DNA of 63,259 nt, filler included, from Octopus bimaculoides (taxonomy: Eukaryota): assembly GCF_001194135.2 (NCBI RefSeq). It is 5 parts of 5 records of this genome, joined end to end, with 100 filler letters (N's around TTAATTAATTAA, not from the genome) between each part and the next. Parts side by side here need not be neighbours in the genome. Positions count along the whole stretch, not along the records: positions 1 to 28,712 come from NC_068995.1; 4 more parts are not named here. One strand, given 5' to 3'. A program made the translations under genes and the position numbers. A model generated the notes under the pieces. It did not search any database. It was not told the origin of the DNA and saw only the letters and a list, made by a program, of their open reading frames with translations. Position 1 is the stretch's first letter; each line of letters opens with the position of its first letter. Shown here piece by piece: positions 12,500 through 24,039 of the stretch.

Positions 12500-15241
12500 C
12501 GGCATTAAAAAGCTGTCAGTGAAAATCTCCGACATCAGAAGAGAATAACTGAGAGAACAATAAACAAAAAATTAACCGAAACCAGGCAGCAGTACACAGC
12601 GACATGAGAAGAGGAGCAGTAAACATCACGGGAGCTCCTTCACGAAAAGACATAGACTCCTTCTGGAGGGAAATCTGGAGTGAAGAGAAGAAATTTGACC
12701 AAGATGCTCTGTGGCTGGAAGAATTCCGAAAAAGTTGTTACTCTTGCTCTATATCCAAGACATACAACACTGTTGGTGAAACTCTTCTAATTGTGATCCA
12801 GAAACCCCGGGATGGAAAAGCACCTAGAAGAAACTTGATTGTTGGGTATTGATACAAGAAGCTACCAATCTACCGACCATATTTTATCAATCTGTACCAG
12901 CAAGCTCTCATTGGGAACAGTAGCATATCACACTGTTAGCTCTGGCAGAAACAAAATTGATCCCCAAATGCAGAACCACCTACATGGCAAAAAACTACCG
13001 GTCAATTGCGTGCCAGAACTTAATGTATAAGATATATACAGCATGTTTAAACCTCTTCATCTAGGACCATTGTGAAACCAATAACATTATCAGAGCAGAA
13101 CAAGCGGCTGAGAAGAAGAGAGTCTGGGGATGTTCTGAGCAATTGTTAATCAGCAAAACTGTGATGTCAGAGATGCGAGAGCATAGGAGGAGCTTAGTTT
13201 CAATGTGACTAGACTACAAGAAAGCCTTTGACTCCGTTCCCCACTCCTGGATGCTAGAAGCCCTTCAACTTGCTAAAGTTCTAGTGGGAATAGTCAAATC
13301 CATAGTTGACCTGACTTCATCGTAGGCCACTATCTTGAAATTAAACACAAAGAGTGACTGTATTATCACCGATAGAATACAGTATCGCAAAGGCATATTC
13401 CAAGGGGATAGCCCCTCTGTGATGTTTATACTTTCTGTAAACCCCTTGTCATTCATGTTAAGGAAGTCTGACTGCTTCTTTGTGGATGATTTAAAACTTT
13501 ATGTAAAGAATATGCATGAGATGAAAAAGAGCCTTGACCTAGTTACAACATTCTCAAAAGATGTAGGGTTGGATTTTGGTCAGGATAAATGTTGCTATAT
13601 GGTTGTTAAAAGGGGGAGAACTATAAACCAGACTAGAAGCATCATCAATGATTTGACTGTTTCCCCTGTATCTGACTAGGAATGTTACAGATATCTAGGG
13701 GTGGATGAAAATATATCTTACAATGGTACCTGTAACAAAACATGTGTCACTAAGGAATATTACAGCCGAATAAAGAAAATTTGGATCTCAGAACTCGCTG
13801 GATTCAATAAAACAGTGGCTCACAATGTGTTTGCAGTGCAAGTACTCATACCAACATTTGGGCTGCTTGATTGGACGCCTGATGAGATCCGAGCCATTGA
13901 GGTGAAAACTCGAAAAATACTAACAAGCACACATAATTTCCACATAAACAGTGACGTAGACAGCTTCGACCTAAAACGAAAACAAGTCGGCAGAGGCTTA
14001 ACATCGATCCAAAATACCTTTGAATGTCGCATCATATCCCTTCGGCAACATGTTTTAACCACCAAGTGTCGAAGTGCAATCCTTGACCAAATTTGCATAC
14101 ATGAGGCTGATAACATCATAAGATTTGGAAGACAGCTCCTTGAGCAACACTCTTTGCCTGATAACCTAGAATACATGCCCAAAGAAGTCGCATGACTCTA
14201 CCGCAACGTATCATCAGATGAAAGTATGAGCCTATATGAGCAGAAGAAAGTTAGTAGAAAGGTCCGTGATGATAGTAACATCAATTATCAAAGCAGTTTA
14301 TCATGGACGAATAGCCGGATTACTACCTCCCACTTTGAAGGGAGTGCGTGTGCGATCGAGGAACAGGAAATATCAACCAAATACCTGATGCACAAAATGG
14401 ATAGAGATGCAGGAAAAACCATAAAATGTGACAACCGATATAGATTTTGTGGAGTTCACACTGAAGATATCACCCACATCACAAGCAGTTGTCCGAAAAT
14501 ATCCTCATGGTATTATCTACCGTTCATCATGGTATTATCTACCGTTCATCATGGTATTATCTACCGTCGGAAAGATAATCCCGGCGACAAAGAAATAAGA
14601 ACCCACAATATGGTAGAAGCCATAGCTCCTCATAATAAAAAGGAATACTGGTGGAATGTCCCAGTGAAGACCTCAATAAAATATAAGTACACCAGATCTG
14701 ATATAATGATTTGGGATAGAGAAGAGAAACTGTACAATTGTTGAAATTAGCTGCCCGACGTATGTTAACATAAAGCTGAAGATCAATGAAAAAGAGAATG
14801 CCTGTACTGAACTACTGAGAAATCTGCAGTTACTCTATCCAGATTACAAGTTCAGGTGTATATCTGTAATTATTGGGGCCCTGGGATATGTAACACACTG
14901 CCTAAATACCAATCTTGAGAAATTAGGCTTCTCAAAACCAGAAAGGAGAAAGCTAATTCGAAGACTATAGGTCTAATCCATCACTGGAACTGTAAAGATC
15001 TGTATATCATTTAATTATATGTGATCATGTCTAGATATGCAACTATATACATGAAGATACATACATAAAACATACATACATACATGCATGCATACATACA
15101 TACATACATACATACATACATACATACATACAAAAATACCCTGTTGTTGATCTTGAAATTCCAATGAAGGAACCTTGGATCTAGGTTAGAAACCGCTTCT
15201 TTCTCTATTGGCAAGAAATCTTGAAATGAACTGAATAATGA
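12500..15241 (+). mobile_element. 5'-truncated degenerate R4-like REL non-LTR retrotransposon (second lineage) ending in (ACAT)n
   Basis: LDYKKAFDSVPHSW (~13210), GIFQGDS (~13390), FFVDDLKLY (~13477), knuckle remnant RFCGVHTEDITHITSSC (~14440), RSDIMIWD (~14693). The 3' UTR has an internal (ACAT)n and ends aataatg|acatacatac at 15241. Confidence 0.86.
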
Positions 15242-15309
15242 CATACATACATGCATACATACATACATGCATACATACATACATACATACATACATACAT
15301 ACACACATA

Positions 15310-15731
15310 ATTACATACAAATTAACTGGTGAACAAAAGAGACAGTGACACTCTTATAATCCCAAGGTGCAACCGCATGTGTAGGCTATATCATGTTTCT
15401 GTGGAAGACATCACAGCTACTTCGACACCTCTAGCCTCTATATCCAGACTATGAAATCATATTCATATCAATAATGATTAGAGCACTAGGTTATGTCAGT
15501 AAATACTTAAAAGGAGAATCTAGATAAAATGGGATTTTCAGAAAGAGAAATCGACCGGCTTATTCATGCATTACGTGTGAGTGGAACAGTAAAAGTATGC
15601 AAGATTTTTCTCAAGTTCCAAATGTGAATTTGTCTGTGTTAGCTACATCCCAAAGATGGAGCCTTGTATCTTTGTCAGAAACCGGCTTCGTCCTCAGTGG
15701 AAGATTTATAATAATTAAAAAATAGAAGAGA
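15310..15731 (+). mobile_element. 3' fragment of a related but diverged R4-like element in the same (ACAT)n array
   Basis: Reads LRHL.PLYPDYEIIFISIMIRALGYV...ENLDKMGFSEREIDRLI...GTVKVCKIFLKF, homologous to the C-terminus at 14810-15010. (ACAT)n lies on both sides. Confidence 0.7.
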
Positions 15732-15755
15732 CATACATACATACATACATATATA

Positions 15756-16879
15756 ATAGGTCGTCAAGTAGAAAATTTGTAGAAAAGAAAAATGTTTTAT
15801 AAATACAAGTAATAGTTTTATTCATTAAAGTATGCACCCATATTGTCAATACACTTTTGCCATTTCAGCAGTAGCTTGTCCAGCCCTGAACTGTAAAAAC
15901 TTAGCAATCTATAGTTAATAAAATCTTGGAAGGCCTGTTTTACAGCATCGTCGGAATTAAGTTTTTTTCCTAAGAAAAAGTTATCCAAATTCTGGAAGAA
16001 GTGGTAGTCAGTGGGGGGAAAATCAGATGAGTATGGTGGATGATGGATAACTTCCAACTCCAACTCCTGTAGTTTCGCCAATGTCATTTTTGTGATGTGT
16101 GGTCTGGTGTTGTCTTGCGATAGAATAGGAGTGGATCTGTTGACTAATCTAGGCTGTTTTTTTTTTGTATGTTTCTGCATCATTTGGTCCAGTTGGCTGC
16201 ATTATACTTCGGCCGTGATTGATGAGTCAGGTTTAATGAAATCATAATGGATCACACCTGCGTCAGACCAGCAAACACACACCATCAGCTTGTTTTGGTG
16301 AATTTTGCTTTTTGGACTGTGTTTTGGTGGCTCGTCTTTGTCCAACCATTGTGCTGAACGTTTACGGTTGTTGTATTGGATCCATTTCTCAACACATGTT
16401 ACAATTCGATGAAAAAATGATTCATTTTTGTGACGAGAAAGTAGCATTATGCAGGCTTCCAAACGTTGCTGTTTCTGATTTTCATTGAGTTCATGTGGAA
16501 CACACTTGTCCAACTTTTTCACTTTACCGATTTGAACTAGGTGAATCAGTATTGTTTGCTTGCTAACACCAAATAACAACAATAATTCACGGGTACTTTG
16601 AGATGGATCTAACTCGACTGTGGCTTTCAGTTCGTCATTATCCGCCTTTGTTTCTAGTCGACTGCGTTGCTCATTTGTGAGGTCAAAGTTACCAGAAAGA
16701 AATTTTGCAAACCAATTTGATACTGTCTGCTGTGTAATTACATTAGAATGAAATACTCCATTAATATTCCGAGCTGTCTGTGATGCTGTATTTCCAAGAA
16801 ACGATTTCTAAAGCGCAAAATGAGCAGGTGTCAAAGTTTACCATATACCTTACTATAAATTTCATACTTGACAACCTAA
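15756..16879 (-). mobile_element. Near-complete mariner (D,D34D) transposon with both TIRs and a disrupted transposase
   Basis: TIRs ataggtcgtcaagtagaaaattt / aaatttcatacttgacaacctaa, each next to TA. Transposase motifs GNTASQTARNIN, CVPHEL, IVTCVEKW, QDNTRPH, HPPYSSDFPPTDYHFF. Confidence 0.92.
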
Positions 16880-17072
16880 TACACACAAGCGCGCACGCAC
16901 ACACACACTCACATAATACACATATACAGATAGATACATATATACTTGCATATATATATATATATATATATATATANNNNNNNNNNNNNNNNNNNNNNNN
17001 NNNNNNNNNNNNNNNNNNNNNNNNNNNNNNNNNNNNNNNNNNNNNNNNNNNNNNNNNNNNNNNNNNNNNNNN

Positions 17073-17100
<28 letters not shown>

Positions 17101-17104
<4 letters not shown>

Positions 17105-18593
17105 GCGCGGGAGTGGCTGTGTGGTAAGTTGCTTGCTTACTAACCACATAGTTCCAGGTTCAGTTCCACTGCGTGGCATCTTAGCAAGTGTCTTCTACTA
17201 TAGCCTCGAGTCGACCAAACCCTTGTGAGTGGATTTGTTAGACGGAAACTGAAAGAAGCCCGTCGTATATATACACAGACATGCAAGAAGTAAATAATAT
17301 GCATCTTTAATTTTCAAAATCTTTTATTTGATATTAATTGGTTGAAAGAGAAGCTTTCTTCTAGCTGCTCGTCCATAATAGCCAAGCTTATGCAGATATG
17401 TAACAAACGTTCTTGGATTAACTTCTAGCTGTTTTGCAATGTCAGAAGCCTTCGAGTCGGGTTTGTTTTCTACAATTCTCTTCAAACAGCGAAGCTTCCT
17501 ATCCGAGGACACAGGTCGGCCGGGATGAGAATCTGTTGATTCTATTCCTTGGCTTTTGAATTGCACTATAATTCTATTAACAGTAGCAGGTGGAATTTGA
17601 AGATTTTCGGCAATTTCTTGCTGCCTAAGACCAGCTTCAGATTGCCCAACAATATGACCTCTTTGAAAATCTGACAGTTCTACTGAATTTTTTGTGCGTG
17701 GCATAGTTACTCTTCGGAAATATTTAATATAATGGCACCTGGAATGAAAAAGAATAATTACTTTGTAAATTCTACACCGCTGAAAACATTAAGACGCTTA
17801 GATCACAAATTTTGAAAATTAAAGGCGTGTATTTACTTCCTGCATGTCTGTATATATATATATATATATATATATNNNNNNNNNNNNNNNNNNNNNNNNN
17901 NNNNNNNNNNNNNNNNNNNNNNNNNNNNNNNNNNNNNNNNNNNNNNNNNNNNNNNNNNNNNNNNNNNNNNNNNNNNNNNNNNNNNNNNNNNNNNNNNNNN
18001 NNNNNNNNNNNNNNNNNNNNNNNNNNNNNNNNNNNNNNNNNNNNNNNNNNNNNNNNNNNNNNNNNNNNNNNNNNNNNNNNNNNNNNNNNNNNNNNNNNNN
18101 NNNNNNNNNNNNNNNNNNNNNNNNNNNNNNNNNNNNNNNNNNNNNNNNNNNNNNNNNNNNNNNNNNNNNNNNNNNNNNNNNNNNNNNNNNNNNNNNNNNN
18201 NNNNNNNNNNNNNNNNNNNNNNNNNNNNNNNNNNNNNNNNNNNNNNNNNNNNNNNNNNNNNNNNNNNNNNNNNNNNNNNNNNNNNNNNNNNNNNNNNNNN
18301 NNNNNNNNNNNNNNNNNNNNNNNNNNNNNNNNNNNNNNNNNNNNNNNNNNNNNNNNNNNNNNNNNNNNNNNNNNNNNNNNNNNNNNNNNNNNNNNNNNNN
18401 NNNNNNNNNNNNNNNNNNNNNNNNNNNNNNNNNNNNNNNNNNNNNNNNNNNNNNNNNNNNNNNNNNNNNNNNNNNNNNNNNNNNNNNNNNNNNNNNNNNN
18501 NNNNNNNNNNNNNNNNNNNNNNNNNNNNNNNNNNNNNNNNNNNNNNNNNNNNNNNNNNNNNNNNNNNNNNNNNNNNNNNNNNNNNNNNNNNNN

Positions 18594-18641
<48 letters not shown>

Positions 18642-18642
18642 A

Positions 18643-18714
<72 letters not shown>

Positions 18715-18995
18715 GTATTTATATATGTGTGCGTGTTTGTGTCTCCACCATCGCTGTTGGTGTGTTTACGTCCCTGTAACCATAGCGGTTCGGCAAAAGG
18801 CACCGATAGAGTAAGTACTAGACTTACAAAGAATACGTCCTGGGGTCTATTTGTTCGACTAAGGATGCTGCTGCAAATAAAACAATAAAACAATATATAT
18901 ACAGAATTGACACTCTGGCCATCTCTAGAGGATATATATAAAGGCGGTGCTCCAGCATGGCCACAGTCAAATGACTGAAACAAGTAAAAGAGTAA
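17101..18995 (+). mobile_element. Family A SINE (head 17101-17270, 3' part 18725-18995) interrupted by a Tc1 derivative, a gap and a 76-nt insertion
   Basis: Both halves align to the copies at 8177 and 30508. Confidence 0.78.
17276..17850 (-). mobile_element. Internally deleted Tc1-like element (575 bp) with both TIRs and an intact 126-aa N-terminal DNA-binding ORF (17324-17704)
   Basis: TIRs cagacatgcaagaagtaaata / tatttacttcctgcatgtctg in a (TA)n context. The ORF has ELSDFQRGHIVG, TVNRII, GRP and GRAARRK motifs, and no DDE domain. Confidence 0.85.
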
Positions 18996-19089
18996 AAGAG
19001 TATATATACTCATACAGAGAGATATACGTATGTATGTATGTACGTATGTATGTATGTATGTATGTAAGTATGTATGTATGTATGTATGT

Positions 19090-19378
19090 AGAGTAAAGGG
19101 TAAAGATTCCCTTCGGTCGTCAATGACCATAGGATTGCACCTAGAAGGTTACCCTCCGAAAGTCCGAGCAAGGTTGTTTATGGAGGACCAGCAGTCGTCC
19201 ATGCAACGATACAACTTGGTACCAGTGACATCGCGACCCATTTTTACTGCTGAGTGAACTAGAGCAACATGAGATAAAGTGTCTTGCTCAAGAACACAAC
19301 ACACAGCTCAGTCCAAGATTCGAACTCACTACCTCATGGTTGTGAGTCCGACGTTCTAACCACTGAACCATGCGCCTT
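19090..19378 (-). mobile_element. tRNA-derived SINE with a CORE-like segment (family D)
   Basis: Minus strand ggcgcatggttcagtggttagaacgtcggactcacaacc...gagttcgaatc (A and B boxes), then gttcttgagcaagacacttta. Confidence 0.7.
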
Positions 19379-19426
19379 CATATATATATTTGTATGTATG
19401 TATGTATGTATGTATGTATGTATGTA

Positions 19427-19467
<41 letters not shown>

Positions 19468-19489
19468 ATCATCAATAAATCATAAATCC

Positions 19490-19910
19490 GGAAGAGAGGC
19501 ACATTTTAAGTTATAAAGCAGTAGAGTAAATTAGATAAAGATAGTTATGTCCTGTTTATGAGGTTATGCAGTGCTTCATGTCCATAAGGTGCTCGGCTTT
19601 ACAAGTGGCCTATAAGCTCTGTTCAAAGTGAAAGGAGAAAAGATCTCGTTGCTAGTTGTTGACCACACAAGCAAAGGAGAGGAGTCAAGCGCAAGAGATT
19701 GTCTCCCTTAGACCGCTAACCGTAATCGGTCTTATTGACTTGTAGGTCCCAGGACTTCAATAGGAAACTCCTGAAGTGTAAGCAGGGTCCAAAGACTTCC
19801 GTCTTGGAACTTCTACATATATGCCCTCCGCCATTAGAGCCTGATGAGTCGTCTATAAAGCTAAGCTCTTTATGAATGCGAAACCATTGGTCACTTTATG
19901 ACCGGACATA
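19490..19910 (+). mobile_element. Probable 3' end/pseudo-LTR of a Penelope-like element carrying a hammerhead motif
   Basis: 19830-19910 is a diverged direct homologue of the PLE terminus at 22212-22290. Confidence 0.55.
19834..19900 (+). ncRNA. Type I hammerhead ribozyme motif (degenerate stems)
   Basis: CTGATGA 19841-19847; stem II with ataaag/ctttat; GAAA 19880-19883; short stem III CCATTGG; GTC site (cleavage after 19892). Stem I tagag/cttta has a mismatch next to the core. Confidence 0.62.
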
Positions 19911-19969
19911 TATTCAACTGCATGTAAATATATATATGTTTGTGTGTGTCTATTTTTACACACACAAGA

Positions 19970-22290
19970 TGACTCGTCAGACTCTAAAGCCGAAAACAAC
20001 TGTAACTCTTGATTTCTGGGAGGCAAGAATCCGTTACGGTCAGTTGGTTAGTAAGTCATAAATGAATAAACACTCCGAGTCGGCGACGACGGGCTATCTC
20101 CCTTTGAGCAGTTCATCTTTGCCAAAAGAGGGGAACAAAGAATTTTGCCCTTGGGCTGCTTTTAGTTCGAGGACATTACGACATTGGTTATTCTACGAAG
20201 AATATTCCAGCACCGTCCAATGAGGTCTATACGGAAATGCTACTCGAGCATGAGGTGGCAGGCGTATTTCTACAACCAAAGCACGCCACCCTCTGAGGCC
20301 AATACGTACGAGATAACGTCTAGGATCCCACCCAAGAACAGTGAGCTCGAAGCCTTCGAAGCGGCCCCACTAGGCATTATTCCCAAGCTAAGATTCAGTA
20401 AGTCCTCTTCTCCTTTCAAACGCAAACTTCGTACAGATATACAACTGAAAAAACTCCGACAGGTTCTTACTTTTCTCGGGTAAGACAAAAGACATATATA
20501 GGATAGAGACACGCACTTACGATAGCCTTCGATGTGGCGATGGGAGCCGACGACAACACCGACATATGTGATGTCATTGGACTATAACATCTTGAACGCC
20601 TTAGGGAAGAAGTCCCCTTCATTCTTCTTCGGTCTCTACAGAATTGACACTCTGGCCATCTCTAGAGGAGCCAACGGGCACACACTTGGCAGGCTTAGAA
20701 AGGACGCGATTAGCCTCCTGAGGCTCCACAGAACTCAGAATTACTATCGAGACTAACCTCACCACCTTCGACTTTCTAGATGTTTCTCTAGACAGGCCGT
20801 ACTGCAAGCCAAACGTAAGGCTGTCCTACATCAGTACAGCCTCCTACCATCCCCTATCGTGTTCAAGATCCCACTGAAGAGTGTCAGCATGAGAATTTCG
20901 AATCTGTCCTCAAGTCAATAAATTCAACGTCGCTGTTCTCTGCTACAACTAGGCACTGGCGTCCGGTGGGTTTAAGGACTGCACATCCTACAGGGCCTAG
21001 CACCCGCAAAAGAAAGAGACACCGGAAATTCGTTTGATTTGCCCCACCCTTCTCGCTCAACGTCAAGACTTGTTTGGGAAGAATATTCCTCAGGTTAGTA
21101 GACAAACATTTCACGCAGACACACAGGTCTCCATTAGTTGCACATCTAACATGAAAAGTATATTAGCTAACACCCATAAAACGCGGGTGGAAGCCGGTTG
21201 CTCTTGCCGGGTGTACAATAACTGCCCAATGGGGGCCAATGCGAGGTCAAGGGAATCATCTATGAGGCTGTGGTGATACCCATACATAGCGACCACAGTA
21301 ATAGCAGCAATAGATCATCCAACAACCTCGACGGTAACGGTAGCAGCGACAGTGACAGAAACACCAGCACTGACGCCAGCGACCCCGGCTGGAGATGACG
21401 ACCACACCGTCACCAGCATACAACCAGCGAAGCTACCGGTTCCACGCTTAATATTACCAATGATGGCAACCACATCACCATCTGCGACAGTAGCGCCAAA
21501 GCCACGGCCAGGTATGACCACCAAAATGACAACAACCGCAGCGATATCGCCCGACTTACACCTCATAATGATAACAGCACCGATGGCAGCTCCAGCAACA
21601 CCAGCGGCAACAACAAGATCTCAAGGCTAGGAGCCAACCGAAGATGCGCCAGAAATGTGAGCACAACCAACACCCAAATCTGGAAATTTATCGGCTTTCA
21701 AGTGGCGTCTGTACAACCACAAGTCTTCTTTCAGGATTTCGGAAAGACGTTTCGTCACATCCCTGGCCAGCCACGTGTGACGCCTCAAAGATAAAAGGAC
21801 CCCATACGATATCAAGCGGGGGATCATAGAGTGGCCAGGACCCTACATTAATGGGAACGGACGCTACAAGCTTTGTATAGCTGAGCGAGCAAGAATCCTC
21901 AAAGACTCCCTGAAACCTGGATCATTGAACACTCGCCAGGAAATTTACAGTTCCTGCATCCCTTTCGAACGCTACCTGCTTCAAGCACAGGATGCCCCGT
22001 TCTCCGTTTAGACCCAGAAAGGTCCTTACGAACTAAAAGCAGCCCAAGGGCAAAATTCCCTGTTCCCCTCTTTTGGCACAGATGATAACATGTCCTCGAT
22101 AAGGGAGATAACCCATCGTCGCCGATCCGGAGTGTTCATTTTTTGGTGACTTACTAACCAACTGACCGTAACAGATTCCTGCCTCCCAGAAATGAAGAAT
22201 TACATTTTCTTCGGCGTTAGAGTCTGAGGAGCCGTCCATGGGGTTAAGGCCTTTGTAGATGCGAAATTAGTGGTCACTCTATGACCGAAC
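19970..22290 (+). mobile_element. Penelope-like element with an inverted 5' pseudo-LTR, degenerate RT and GIY-YIG, and a 3' pseudo-LTR
   Basis: RT remnants YRIDTLA (YRDD decayed, 20637), FDFLDVSLD, KFVWFAPPFSLNVKT, VDKHF. Endonuclease remnants CSCR...CPMG.QC..GIIYEAVV and FIG..FKWRLYNHKSSF. 19975-20168 is the reverse complement of 22030-22230. Confidence 0.86.
22218..22281 (+). ncRNA. Type I hammerhead ribozyme motif in the PLE 3' pseudo-LTR
   Basis: Perfect 6-bp stem I TAGAGT (22218-23) / ACTCTA (22276-81); core CTGAGGA (CUGANGA, 22224-30); imperfect long stem II; GAAA 22263-66; GTC site (cleavage after 22275). Stem III is degenerate. Confidence 0.7.
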
Positions 22291-22695
22291 ACAGACTTAA
22301 CTACACACACATACGCACACACACACACATTGGATGAAACAGAAACCATAGAGACTGGTGATAATCTGCGTCGGTTCCCCGTATTATGAGGGAAAAGAGA
22401 TACAAAGAGTACTGTGAAATTGCTGTGGGGATCAGAGTATCCAAAGTTTTGGGACAGAATCTTTCTTTAGCGTTGTGATGACAGGAGTGGAAGAAAAATG
22501 AAGGACATGTTTTGTAACTTTTACATTTGAGCAACTGGCTTGTTTCTTTTCTTTGAGTGCTTCATACGTATTTGAGACTTTGATTCTACTGCAAGAAAGC
22601 TTTGATAAGTCTTTTTTTTATCATAGCTTAGAGTTTACTACGTGTTCTTAGTGAAATTTCGCAAACACATCCCGTACACGCGCGTGCGCGTAGTA

Positions 22696-22726
<31 letters not shown>

Positions 22727-23113
22727 TGTATGTATGTATGTATGTATACCTTATAAACATATGTACAAGAAAGCTTACCAAAAAGCGAAACTATCACTTC
22801 AAAAGAAATGTGATACTTAAATTGAATTCTGTATGGTTTCCTCAAAGAACTTCAAAGAAATATCCAACGTTTTCAGATTGCCTTGTGCAAATACACTTGC
22901 TTTGGAAAATAGAACGGTCGGGGAATTGTAGTGTGCTATACTTGTAATAATTCTCAGAACCTGACCCAAATTCGCCTGCTGCGAATGTGTTTTAAGAATC
23001 TATGTTGGCGGTGGTTTAGTTTGAATGGGCACATATACATACATGCATACATACATACATACAGACAGACAGACACACAGACAGACACACAGATAAATAT
23101 GGATTAATACGTG

Positions 23114-23147
<34 letters not shown>

Positions 23148-23184
23148 CACACACACATACACACTTGCTGAGTATCCCGTCCTT

Positions 23185-23219
<35 letters not shown>

Positions 23220-24039
23220 TTTTGCATTTTGTATATAAAAACAATGGAATATTCGGTAAAGAAAAAATTAGAAATTTTATAGATTCTTTCAAACTTCCTC
23301 TCCGATTTTGTACCGATTTTGGCAAATGTTTCTTGCTTTTCTTCTTTTTGCACTACACACTTAAAAACGATGGGAGAAGCCTTGAAGAATATCGGTGATT
23401 ACGATTATAATTCTCACTTCCTTCATTTAAAAAAACAAAAGTAAACTTTTTAAAAGATTTTCATCAAAAATAGGTATCTAAAATTTCGGCTTTTTTTCCG
23501 AAAATTCTTTAATCATAGTTTTAAAATACTGGAGTCCGAATCTACAGATTGTTTCTCTTTATAATTTCAAAATAATGTTCAGACGAACAGGTGATTTAAG
23601 GACGATCTAGCTATTTTTCTAGCATATCCTACGACCACCTGGTACCGTCCTCGTGTCTTTGTCGCTCTGACATGTATTATGTTTTTCGATATTTTTCTCC
23701 CCTAAACACGTTTTATCGAATGATGATGCAGTAGTCAATTGCCAAGACTGACCAACAACAAAAACATTTGTTATTTAAATCTTTAATGCTATTAAAACAT
23801 ATTATCTTTTACATACTTTTGTTAAATATTTTGAAATTTTAAAACTAAGTGAAAATTCTCAAATTTGGTTGATGTAATTTTTCATACTGAATCCGAGTTT
23901 GTGATTCTATTATTTCAGAAAGTCTTTAGAGATATGTCACAGAGGTTTAAAGTTTGATCACGGTGTCAAACAGGGTTGTCTACCTTATATTTCAGAGATC
24001 ATTTTATTCAGAATCATAGTTTTGGCATCTAACCATGAT

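Noticed and set aside
15160-15225. ccaatgaaggaacc...ggttagaaaccg in the R4-like 3' UTR looking hammerhead-like
   Set aside because: The core reads CCAAUGA rather than CUGANGA, and the homologous segment at 15645-15700 does not conserve it.
17772-19130. Long ORFs in the track (452 aa here; also 36763-38121 beyond the RT part, 45296-46199, 50412-51647 and many MYVC/HTHT/YIYI ORFs)
   Set aside because: Their length comes from N runs and stop-free microsatellites, and they contain no protein motifs.
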